A stretch of DNA of 63,334 nt, the filler included, from Vannella sp. (Eukaryota): assembly GCA_023345925.1 (NCBI GenBank). It is 7 parts of 7 records of this genome, joined end to end, with 100 filler letters (N's around TTAATTAATTAA, not from the genome) between each part and the next. Parts side by side here need not be neighbours in the genome. Positions count along the whole stretch, not along the records: positions 1 to 7,431 come from JAJQQN010000271.1; positions 7,532 to 26,814 come from JAJQQN010000153.1; 5 more parts are not named here. One strand, 5' to 3'. The first letter of the stretch is position 1, and every line of letters begins with the position of its first letter. The notes beneath the pieces were generated by a model. That model made no database searches, had not been told where the DNA came from, and saw nothing but the letters and a program-made list of their open reading frames with translations. A program made the position numbers and the translations under genes. Shown piece by piece: positions 1-10,600 of this stretch.

Positions 1-118
1 AAAAGTGCCTCGATCAAAACACATAAAAAGTTCATTGGTAAAGGTCCCGATCGAATTTAGAGATACTTTTCAACCATGGCCAGGGGACGTGGTTGATCTT
101 GGCCGTGAACTTTCTCAC
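1..118. repeat. Dispersed repeat, inverted copy of 26588-26705 (part of a foldback/MITE-like element)
   Basis: Ungapped manual alignment to the reverse complement of 26588-26705 gives 14 mismatches over 118 nt. Contains AAAAGTGCCTC (1-11) and an inverted copy GAGATACTTTT (60-70). Confidence 0.9.
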
Positions 119-695
119 AGTTGGCTCGTCCTACGATTCGATTGGTGGTTGTGAACACTGCACACAGCATTAAATCAAAAGGATCTGGTCGATTTTGAGC
201 ACTTTTTGGGGGTCGGGGATGAGCAAGTCGGACTCCACTTTCCTTGAGCACTTTCCAGAGTTTGAGAAGAGCCTGTTGATAGAGAGTAGGGATGGGAAGG
301 AGATGGGGGAGTGTTGGGTCTGAGCGGAGAGGGCAGGTTTCTCGTGCAAGCAATCTCAGCCAGGACAGTCGCTGAGGCACTCTGGCCGTCTCTTCTTGAT
401 ACAAGACCATCTCTGCTTCTATTCAGAGGGTATTCGACATCAGGGACACCGTGTAGGACCTTCATTGTCAGAGCCTCCTCCTGTTTCTTACCTTCCTCAC
501 AGTTGGTGATCCCTCTCCGCTCCATTTCCGTGATGAGGAAGAGAAAGTCTGAAGCCAAGATCAGAGGACATCAAGGCATTGAGATCCAAGCAGACAATGA
601 GCTTGTAAACCGCCTCATTTTCCTCTTTTGCGTCTCTCACCTTCGCCTAGTACTCGTTCACTTCACTCAGCGACCCGAATGAAGCTCTCTCTCTC

Positions 696-3521
696 ATGGT
701 CAAGCAATGGTTGGAGGAACGAGGGGCCACTGCCTCGCCTGAGGAGGAAACAGAAGCACATGAGCACCGTTCGCTGGGAGGGAAGCTCCTGAAGACCTTA
801 CACAAGAGCCATTCCAGTACAGGAGCCTCTTTACGAGAGAAGATGCACTCTAGGAAGAAGAGTTCGCTGGATTTCCCCGCAAACAGCGACCCAACAGATT
901 CGGTTGCCGAGAAAGGGGTGGAAGGGGACAGCAAACCAGAGCTCAAGCTCTCAAATGAGGCTAACAGTGGGCGCGGACTCGGTTTAGAGCTTGGAATGGG
1001 CCAACCGCAAAGGCATTCCTTTCCGCCTGTGGAAAAGGATTCTTCTGACATTGAGAAGGACTCACAAGGGATAGATGGAATAGAAGGATCTGAATCTGAA
1101 GAGGGACAGATATATCGCACTCCACAAACTCCCAAAAAACGCAAAAGCAGGACTTCTCCCAAGCCTCTTCGCTTTCTCTCTCTTCGAGCGAAAGGGAAGG
1201 AAGAGCCAGAAGACTCTGAGAACCAATCCACATCCCCAAGAAGGCTATCTAGTCTCCGTGATGAGTTATCAGTTCCTTCCGTCCTAAGGGGGTTCCGAAA
1301 CCGGACTGGAAAGAAAGAACTTTCCACCAGTGACGGAAATGTGAGGTTGGGGGACTTACGTGGAGCTGATCTCACCCGCGTTGAGTCTGCTCCTGATCCA
1401 CTGAACCGAAGAGAAGCGAGCTCTGATGACTTTGGACGTGAGAAAAGCGGCTTCCGAGAATTGGGATCCAGAATCAAGACACGTTTGAAGGATGGGGATC
1501 ACCTTGGGTCCTCCTCTTTGATAAGCTCCTTCCGTAAGCCTATAGAGTCTTTGAAAGAGACTGTCACAGGAATGTCCTTTGGAGCTTCTGGATCTGAGGA
1601 ATTCCAAATTCCCGAGGGGAACTCGTTACCAAGTGGAATGCTCTATCGGTGCAGAATAGCAGTGACTGAGGGGCAAGGTTTTGGCAGTCAAGGAGGGTAT
1701 GTGAGCATATCCTTCTCAGATGTTTACAGCTCTATTCCTCTTGTCACGGGCAAAACCAGCAAGACCAAATCGGATAACCCAGTGTGGACTGAAAGCATTG
1801 ACACACTCATTTTTGATGACCGCTGCTTCCAACTTAAGGTTGTGAGCAAGTCATATATGGATGTTACCATCGGCCAGACGTCTTTGTTGATTCCCAACCC
1901 GGAAGAGTTCGCCTTTTATGCGGAATGGCTCCCTGTGTTTGATTCCAAACCTGGTGATGTGCCTCGAGCGCTGATTCATGTTACTGTCCAATGTTCAGCA
2001 ATTGAGGGGCCCATGTTCCTCAGAACAGACTCTTCGAATGTCAGCTCATATCCAATCACAATCTCTCACTCAGTGGGTGGACAATCAGATCACGAAATAG
2101 GATCTTCCGCAAGGCTTCGCTTAGCTTGCAGAAACTCGTTGCGTGTTAGTAACGACGAGTATTATCGCGACTTTTCTTCCAAGCGTTTGCCACAGCGGTT
2201 CTCAGGAGACTCAGAAGTCTCTGAGTCGCGAGATACTAAGCGCTACAATATGCTGGGTGTTATGACCAGAAAAACAGAAGAGTTTGGTGGACTCCAAATT
2301 AGTGACAGTCAGTTCTTCCAAAGCTCAATTCCTCCTAAGTTGACCCTGGATGTGGGCGCAAACTCAAAAGTCACTATTCCTTTTAATGTGAGCCAACCAA
2401 TTCGGAAGCTCAATGAGATCCCTCTCAATCCCCGAGACGACATTCTGGATCTACAAGAAGATGAGTTTGAAGCAATTCCACAAGGAGAGCTGGAAGGAGG
2501 ATACGAGAAGGCATTCACGTTGCCCTCCCAGCCACTTCTCTGCGTACCTTTGGGTATTGCTAAGGCACCGGCCTTCCATATTCCAGAAATTCGGCTGCGA
2601 ACCCGAATGGACGAAAGCCAGGCGAATCGCACTCTTCGCAATGATTACGTTGAGTTGGCTGCTTTACAAGCAAAGATCATCGGAGAATCTTATTCAGAAG
2701 CCATAGTTCCTGATGATATCTTGGCCGACATGGAAGACACAACACTCGAAACCTCAGAGCAGCTTAAATCACGACTTCAAGAGGAAGCTGCCCTCAAAGG
2801 GAAGACAAACGGGCAAATAATGGAAATGGCAAGTGTTCTGCAAGTGGTTTGCAGCTCTTTGGGGCTTGGGAAAGTAGACCACAATAAGCGACTTTTGGCA
2901 AAGACAACTTCAATTGGAGAATGGGATGAATGGCGCTCTTGCTTCCACTCGAAAGTGGAAGAAGTGGAGGAGCGTTTGGCGGCTGATGTGTCGACAATCA
3001 AGGCTCTAGAAAGTCCAGTTCAAGATACTTGGGCTTACTGCAAGCTCAAATTTGCGCATATGGATCGCCTTGGTCCACAGAGAATTGAGATTATTGAGCA
3101 CCTTTCATCTCCAGAGCCCCCTTCACTTCCAAACACAGTAAGTCCCTCCGATATCTTCCTTGGTCGTCTCAGGTCACTCAACTGGGACCAGATAACTGAA
3201 ATAGAGAGTCTGGAGCGGAACATTCCCACCAACAAACAAGCGATTCCCGAGAAAACTATTCCTGAAGTGTCAAACATCACACAAACGCAAGTTCAGTCAT
3301 CAAAAGAAACTCCAATCACTCGCACCATTCCTTTGGAGCCCGCACCAACTTCCCCGCTGGGACAGACTAAGCGAGCCCCCGTTTCTCACAAACCTGATTT
3401 GATTCCCCGTCAAGTGAGTGCCATCGATGAAGTGAAGGAGAAACCAAAGTTCTCCTCCACGCATCAAGCTTTGGGAATATGCATCCTCGCAATCCTCTTG
3501 TTCTTCCTCTTTTGGAGGTAA
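696..3521 (+). CDS. C2-domain protein with disordered N-terminus and C-terminal transmembrane tail anchor (941 aa, no introns seen)
   Basis: Long ORF. C2-like segment YRCRIAVTEGQG...KTSKTKSDNPVWTES...FQLKVVSKSYMDVTIGQTSL. Hydrophobic C-terminus ALGICILAILLFFLFWR. Confidence 0.75.
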   Translation: MVKQWLEERGATASPEEETEAHEHRSLGGKLLKTLHKSHSSTGASLREKMHSRKKSSLDFPANSDPTDSVAEKGVEGDSKPELKLSNEANSGRGLGLELGMGQPQRHSFPPVEKDSSDIEKDSQGIDGIEGSESEEGQIYRTPQTPKKRKSRTSPKPLRFLSLRAKGKEEPEDSENQSTSPRRLSSLRDELSVPSVLRGFRNRTGKKELSTSDGNVRLGDLRGADLTRVESAPDPLNRREASSDDFGREKSGFRELGSRIKTRLKDGDHLGSSSLISSFRKPIESLKETVTGMSFGASGSEEFQIPEGNSLPSGMLYRCRIAVTEGQGFGSQGGYVSISFSDVYSSIPLVTGKTSKTKSDNPVWTESIDTLIFDDRCFQLKVVSKSYMDVTIGQTSLLIPNPEEFAFYAEWLPVFDSKPGDVPRALIHVTVQCSAIEGPMFLRTDSSNVSSYPITISHSVGGQSDHEIGSSARLRLACRNSLRVSNDEYYRDFSSKRLPQRFSGDSEVSESRDTKRYNMLGVMTRKTEEFGGLQISDSQFFQSSIPPKLTLDVGANSKVTIPFNVSQPIRKLNEIPLNPRDDILDLQEDEFEAIPQGELEGGYEKAFTLPSQPLLCVPLGIAKAPAFHIPEIRLRTRMDESQANRTLRNDYVELAALQAKIIGESYSEAIVPDDILADMEDTTLETSEQLKSRLQEEAALKGKTNGQIMEMASVLQVVCSSLGLGKVDHNKRLLAKTTSIGEWDEWRSCFHSKVEEVEERLAADVSTIKALESPVQDTWAYCKLKFAHMDRLGPQRIEIIEHLSSPEPPSLPNTVSPSDIFLGRLRSLNWDQITEIESLERNIPTNKQAIPEKTIPEVSNITQTQVQSSKETPITRTIPLEPAPTSPLGQTKRAPVSHKPDLIPRQVSAIDEVKEKPKFSSTHQALGICILAILLFFLFWR

Positions 3522-3556
3522 CGTGGGTCTTCCTGTGAGGTGAAGCTCTTACTTCA

Positions 3557-5623
3557 TTAAAACCCTAAAGTGCTCATGCTCTCTGTCATTGTCACGGACT
3601 TGATAACAAGGATATTGGCCATTTCTTCCCTTGAGCATGCGCTTTGCAACCACTCATGCTTTCAAGGGATTAATCAATATGCTAATGTGTTTGGTTGGGT
3701 GGAGTGACTTACTTCAAGTAGTTGTTCAGCTGTTCCTCGGGATGCTGGGTCATCACGCAGGCACTTGTGGATGAAGTGGTTCATATTTTCTGACCATTTC
3801 TCAGGTTCGCTTAGTTTCTTTCTCTCCCCAAGAGCCGTGGACATAATTCCGCTGAGGCCATCATCATCGTGAGGGATTCCCCCGTTGGCCAGACTAAGTA
3901 GAATCAATCCAAGACCCCAGATATCCACACCAGTGGTCTGGGCTTTGCTCTTAATAATCTCAGGAGCCATCCACGAGGGGGAGCCAACACGGTCAAAGCG
4001 ATGGCGGAAATGTCCTCGTAAGTCAAGCGCCAGGCCAAAGTCAATGATTTTGACGTCTCCATGGCCAGAGAACATGACGTTGTTAGTCTTCAGATCCCGA
4101 TGGACAAGCTGGTGGCTATGTATAACAGAAAGTCCTCTCAATAGCTGCCCAGGGACTCAGTTGACGACCTTTGGGCAAGACAGAGGAGTTTTACCTCTTT
4201 GGCAACGAAAGCAATCTTAGACTCAGAGATTGACTTCTTTTTCCTCTTGCAGTTGTCTAAGACCACATCTAGACCACCTCCATTGAGGAATTCGGTGACA
4301 ATCTGTTTGTAAAGGAGTGAATCTCGGTGATTCTCCAAATGGCAGGTTGCCCTTACCCAGACACGCTTCTCTGACTCAATCAAATAGGCTCCAATCAAGT
4401 TCACAACGTTACTGCTTTGCGAAACTCGCAGAGTGTGCAACTCCAACTCATTCCAATATTGGTCCTTTTCTGTTTCTTGCTTCATTATCTTGACAGCGAC
4501 CATTTGAGAGTTCTTCTTATTCCTAGCAATGAAGACTTGTCCAAAGGCTCTGGGTTCCCAGTGAGTGACTTGGCGAAAGTTCAATTCCGGCATACCCAAC
4601 GCCACCCGCTTCTTCAATGATGTAGATATCACGGGGATCTACTCCTTGAATGTAGAGTGCAGGGACCACTAGATTGGATATGAGTAGGTTGCTGACAGCT
4701 AGAGAGGGAGGAACTACGTTGAGTGGGCTGAATCAGGTCGGGACGGAGCAAGGAGACACATTGGGCAAAGGTATTGAAGTTTCGGTTGATCTTAGCGGAG
4801 TCAATACCAGCTTCTGCTGCCATCTTTTCGACTTCCAGAGGAAGAGAATCGAAGTTGTACGGCTTGACATCCAAGTAGACGCCCTTTCCACTTCCTGTGA
4901 GCAACCCATTCATTGCCACGCAATGCAACATACCGGAGATGCCTTCGTTGCTGCCTCCTTGATACGGTCAAAGTCAGCTCGAGAGAGACACTGCGAAGCG
5001 AGTTGGAGGGGATCGCCTTCGACACAGCCTTGAATCTGGACGTCTGCTTTGTGTGCAATAAGACAGACAGCGTGATCCACCATCCCTGCTCTATCTTGAG
5101 TTAGCATTGGAGGCTAAGACTGCAAGGGAGGAGGAACTCACTGGATGGCGCAGTGCAAAGGGGTCACACCAGCCGCCCCTGCCGAGTTGACGAAGGCCTT
5201 CTTCTTCAAAAGGAGCTTTACAGTGGCTACTTCACCGTACATCACTGCCTCATGAAGGGGAGTCATCCCGCTGGCGTTGGGGTAGTTGAGGTCGGCTCCC
5301 TTCTCCATAAAGAGGCCGAGGAGCTCTTGCAGGCCTGCTTCACCACGTATTCTACAAACCAAGTGCATAGGTGTTGTGTTCGTCGAACTAGGAGTGTACG
5401 AGTCCGCCCCCGCTTCCAACAAGAGCCGACAACACTCCACACTCTTCGCATGCGCCGCCGCGTGCAGCGGGGACCAGTGCTTCTGGTCCACGTCATTGAC
5501 ATCGCTCTTCGACGACCGCAGCGCCTTCTTCAAGTCACTCACACTCCCCTCCGCAGCGGCTTCATGGAGAGTCACTGGCGGACCGCCCCGACCCGACAGG
5601 CGGTTCAACAACGACCTAGACAT
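3557..5623 (-). CDS. Ankyrin-repeat STE20/PAK-like Ser/Thr protein kinase (spliced, about 7 introns)
   Basis: Ankyrin repeats (SPLHAAA, TPMHLVC, TPLHEAV, TPLHCAI). After splicing the kinase shows GVGAFG, VAVK, HRDLKTNN, DFG and GSPSWMAPE. Last exon HEWLQSAC...STLGF* ends at 3557. Confidence 0.85.
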
Positions 5624-5794
5624 GCTCCCAAGGCGGGGAGTACAAAGAATGATCCATTTGCACACGCCGCGATGCCACCGCGTAGCCGGCTGGCCAGTTC
5701 AGGCGTTCATCTTCGCCATGTTGGGGAGGAGGGAGAGTGGGAGGTGAAGCAGGAGGGACAGGTGGTCTCTGTTCTTGTCTCTGAGGAGTCCGCA

Positions 5795-6630
5795 ATGGAA
5801 CCGAAGCGCCTGCGGAGGGGGACACGGGGGAAGACTTCGCTGGAGCACTTTGGGAGGATCAAAGCGACCCACAGTAGCAGTCTTCCAACGCTTCTGATAG
5901 ATCTTGGAGATGAGGAGCGTAGTAAGGCGTTACCTCTCGGCCCCTCGCTTCCTTTGACACAGCCTACGGCCTTCCTTCCACCACCGGTCTCCGACGTTCC
6001 GCGCATTCCCCTTCGTGTTGACCGAGGAGAGGAGCCAGAGCCTCAGGAGTTGGTACCAGAACCTGTAGAAGCATCTGCTACTCCAGATTCACTAGCAGGG
6101 GAGCCCTCCAAGCCGGAACTTACCTTCATTTGGGGTGCTGTTAGTCGAGGGGACAAGATCTGCCATCCTTCGACGGAGCAGATCCGATTGTTGATGAATG
6201 GTACATTCTATAGCCTTCTCTGATCAAGACTCACAGCCTCTGTAGGGGCCTTCTTCCTCCACATGCTCAAGAGAGGCAAGACAAGCCGATCCATCTTGGT
6301 GTTGGAGCCAGCAGGCGATCGATACTCGATCAAAGACGAAAGGGGGAAGCTCAAGGAACATGTTATGCTGAAAGATATGATTGGTGTGCAGAGTGGTCAC
6401 TCCACACCGATCTTTCGACAATATCCCTTAATCGGTACGAACTTTCTCTCCTTCCACTCTCTTCTGACCTCCCCCGAGCCCCTTGCATCGACGCTTGCTT
6501 CTCCTTGGTATGCTCTAGTGGAAAGAATCTTGCATCTTGGGACTTGATAGCAGAGAACGTAGCGGTGGCCCGCCGATGGGTTGAGGCCGCCACCATCGTC
6601 CTCGCCCTCTTTCGTCGCATTCACGGTTGA
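5795..6630 (+). CDS. Small protein with a PLC-type PH domain (2 introns: 6201-6245, 6435-6478)
   Basis: Spliced product LLMNGAFFLHMLKRGK...VMLKDMIGVQSGHSTPIF...CFSLVCSS...WDLIAENVAVARRWVEAA, typical of a PH domain with the C-terminal helix Trp. Confidence 0.7.
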
Positions 6631-7057
6631 AGCCAAACCAAACATGTATCATACACTCTCCTTTCCTATGGATTCACTCTTATCGCTCACTCTCCTTTGT
6701 ACAACGAATGACTCAGTAAAACCCACTTTTCTCGATAATGTGAGGAAGATACTTCCTTTTTGAGGTTGCTGCATACCTTTGAGAGAGCATACATCATTGC
6801 TACACTATTGCTCGTGGTTTTCTCCGGACGCTGAAGCAGGACCCTGAAAGGGAAGTATCCGGCTCAGACATGAAAACGGCAAAACTACGGGAAAGGGGAA
6901 AGGGAAGGGTCCTTCTTTGGATGATTTGCTTGCAGACCAGTTGGACCAAAGGTTAACCACTTCCTGTCAACAGGGAGAGGATCATGAGTGACACGCAGTG
7001 ACAGGGAGAGGTCACGTCACTGACATGTCACTGCCTCAAGCTCCTCTTGACGGACCC

Positions 7058-7431
7058 ATGGCGGCTCCTTTGGTGAATAAGAGAAGAGTTGGTGTTGGAG
7101 TTCTCACGTTTCTGGTTCTGGTCGCTTTCTCGTTCTTTTCCACAATGGAAGAGGGCGCATCTGTGTTTAGACCCGCAACCAACCCTGACGTGATGCCTCC
7201 CACAACCAACCCTGATGTGTTGCCTCGCAAAGCTCGATTGGACAAGTACATCAAGCTGCACGCTGATATGGTCAGTGGGAAAGTGCCCCCGCGGTTCTTA
7301 CGATGGCAATGCGTGACCACGCTATGTCAAGGTTGGGGAGACCGCCTTCGAGGGATCATGAACACCATCGTCATTGGGATCCTCACCGACCGCGCTGTCT
7401 TGATTGATGTTTCCCGGATCGACTTTCGGCG
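7058..7431 (+). CDS. Type II membrane glycosyltransferase, fucosyltransferase-like; truncated by the gap
   Basis: N-terminal TM anchor, stem with a duplicated TNPDV[ML]P, and the motif CQGWGDRLRGIMNTIVIGILTDRAVLID (GxG[DN]R...DR typical of GDP-fucose transferases). Confidence 0.6.
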
Positions 7432-7531
7432 NNNNNNNNNNNNNNNNNNNNNNNNNNNNNNNNNNNNNNNNNNNNTTAATTAATTAANNNNNNNNNNNNN
7501 NNNNNNNNNNNNNNNNNNNNNNNNNNNNNNN
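7432..7531. other. Artificial contig linker N44-TTAATTAATTAA-N44
   Basis: Six-frame stop linker flanked by Ns, identical at six sites. Confidence 0.98.
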
Positions 7532-7637
7532 GGTTCTGGTTGGTCAAGCTGAAATTATTTCCAAGAATTCTTCGTTACGTGTTTCAGTCCAGGTGCCTAA
7601 ACGAGTTATTTCTTCTGGCTCGTCCAGAACACAGTGA

Positions 7638-10600
7638 ATGTGTGAACACGATTGCGGATACATTTCTTCGTTGCTCCCTCTTTGGAGCGCTTGTCGCCCC
7701 AATCTACCCTCGCCTTCATCAGAGGACTTTCAGCCTCATGTGGAAGAGTTCATATGGCGAACAGGATGCTTTGCTGGTGAGTTCGGCGACGCCTTTATCG
7801 TAAACACAAACCTGGAAGGAGGAGACGTTCCTGCCACAATGGAGCTCCTCGTCCGCCTGTTGTCGCCTTTAGTCGAATGCGAGCCTCTCTCTCAGAGCCT
7901 TCTCTCTTCCTTTACTCCACAAGAGGTCACGTCTCTCGCTGGTATCTTAGACGAGCTCCGCAACGCGGTCCAGTGGGGAAGGAGGTTGAATGCCGTTCGC
8001 GATCGACCTCAGCGTTTCCTCTCCTTCCTGAACGACTGGCGCACAGCTGTTCGAGATCTTCCTATTGGAAAGAGACTAGTGGTCAACGGGGGCTGGCTTG
8101 TAGCGTATCGCGCTCACAAGTGTACGTTCCTCCCTCTCTTTTGTACCGCGAGTCTTCTTACCATGCTCTAGCACGTGGTCATGCGGTGATCTATATCATT
8201 GAAAGGGACACGGAGGATAGCTATGGCTTCTCTGTAGTGAACACAGGGGAGGGAAGCGAGTACCATCCACTGTTCCAGGGCGACTATCCAAAACTGAAGC
8301 GACGAGCAGCCCTTCGATTGGGCGGGATTACCAAAGAGCGTATGCTAGAAGAGTCCTTTTGGTACCTTATCTTCAAGATGCGTTACCATGCTTCTAGTGC
8401 GCACACTCCTGAGTTGCTGTACGAAGTGCTTTTGCCGAATCTCGTTCACGGGGAGCAACCGCTTGCTTCTATTCTTGATGGCACAGCTAAGGCGTATACC
8501 TTCGCCGCTAATCTTGATCATGAGATTCGAGAGGGACGTTGCGGTGACTTCGAAACCGTCCAACGCTCTGGAACTTGTTTTCTTCGGGCTATTTTGAGCT
8601 CTCTTCGCTACTGCTGCAAGCGTGCAGGACTGAATCTCGCGAATCGAAAGCAGTTGATGTATGCTACACGAATCTGTTTCTTATTCCGTACACATCAGGA
8701 CCTTTTACAACTCACAGAGAAGGGGACTGCTGGATTGGAAGGAGGCTGGCAACACTCTGATGTCAAAATGATTCATATGGCCTTAGATATTACTGCATTG
8801 GCTATCGTGAAAGAGACACAACGAGGAACTCACAACCATCGAGACTTGTATCAATATCGCCAGTTTGCATGTCAAATCAAAGAGATTGTGGCCTCTCTTG
8901 GAGATGGCACTGGTGCCCCTCGTTCTTTGAGGCTCCTTAATTCCAGTGGGATGACCCAAGAGATTTCGGCCACGTCCACTGAGATAACGTCCGCAGAAGA
9001 ATGGGCGTTACTCCAAATCTCTTCTCTAGAAACGGGGGAGAGCGCTGAAACTGCAGCAGGAGAAATAGTCAAAGACACGATGACGATTCCCATCGTCATG
9101 GACTGGGAAAGGAGCCTTCAATCCTTGTCACAAGTTGTTTCCTTCTTGGGAGAAACCAATCAACGCTGCCATCTCTTGGAGGAGCGCGCATTAATCAGCT
9201 CTACAAACACTTCTTTATACCAATTAACTGCAGTGATAGAACATGCTCTGTCAAAAGTGATTCCACTCCCACTGCCGCTCAAATATCAGCCAAACCACCT
9301 TACCAGAGACCCAATTCTAGCACAGCCTGATCCTCTCTGGTATTATGGCTCTTCCACAGGTGAAGAACAACCATTAACTCCCGCAGAGCAAGTGGATGCC
9401 TTCCGAAACCTATCAGGTCTGGCAAGAGTCTATATGGCAGCGTCTTTCAGTCTGACAGAGCAAGACCGAACCCTAGAAAGTGCTCGCATTGTAGTTTGCC
9501 AGATCCTTTTGGTGTTATCTGATGCTTTCCTGCGAGCTCCAGTCTCCTCAGACCCTTCTCCTATTGTAGTTCAGTGGATATCAACCGGACTTGATGGGAA
9601 AACAAATTGGCTTTCCTCAGATGGGTACAACAATGCTGTTACTCTGCTGAATGCCTATGGCAACCTTCTCATTAATCGTCCTGAACTTGGTGCTGCAATG
9701 CAGAAGTCATTAGCATATCTACATGAGAGTGACCCTGTTAAACAGGGTAAAGCGACCTCAATATTCCATTGGAAGGCTGATTCTAAGCGTCTCAAATCTC
9801 AATTCAGAGTTGAAGCTGACGATCCTACGCTCAAATTTGTTCAAAAACTCCTCAACCGCCTCCACATCAGTCACCGCCCTGACGGCGAGGAGCTTTACAT
9901 CCCAGCAGTCAAATCAAAAGGGATTTCGTTCTCAACCACGAGCAACAATATCAATCAGTCCAAAGATATGGAGCAATTGGCAGAGCAGAATACTTTGAGG
10001 GCTCAGTGGTTTTGCGCAACTCTCTCCTGGGAGAAGAATGGATGCTCAGAATGGGTGTGGTTGCGTGATCTCTGTTTCTTGGCATCTCTCTCACTTGAAC
10101 CGACAGCGTCCTTCATGGAGAAAAACGCTCTAATGTTCAAGGGCTCCCTCAATGGCAAGCAAATGATCCCCACCTGGCGGATCAAGTCTGCTTCCTCGAC
10201 AGTCATCCACTGCGGAGTATCTCTGTGCTCTTTAAATCACTTCAACATTGGACAGGAACTTCTGAATTCACCCACTGACGTGAAGCGCTTCATTCCACCC
10301 ACATCCAGTGGTATTCCCACCAGACCACATGCCTTAGCGATGATTTTCCGTGGGAATGCTCCTGTTGTACCCAAAGGGTCAAACAAGAATGCAAATGCCA
10401 TCCGTCATGTTGCAGAGGAGGATGTGTTTAACACTGACAAGCTCCCTGAATTTGGAGGCACTCTTGATCGCCACGATAGCGAACACTTGCTCTCCCTTCT
10501 CACTGCTCCTTTCATTGCGATGCCCTTGATTCTTTCCTTCTTCGCAGAGAATCGTGTGGGTTGCCTATTGAACCAGGACTTGCAGAGTATTTTGGAGAGT

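Noticed and set aside
5153..5794. N-terminal part of the 356-aa + strand ORF
   Set aside because: Overlaps the ankyrin exon on the opposite strand; the PH gene more plausibly starts at 5795.
7476..7487. TTAATTAATTAA repeated six times, resembling piggyBac TTAA target sites or a regular repeat
   Set aside because: Always centred in 44+44 Ns; it is a synthetic six-frame stop linker.
7877..8171. N-terminus of the 3750-aa ORF as listed
   Set aside because: Read-through of an intron and the wrong frame; the real upstream exon is the 7638 frame.
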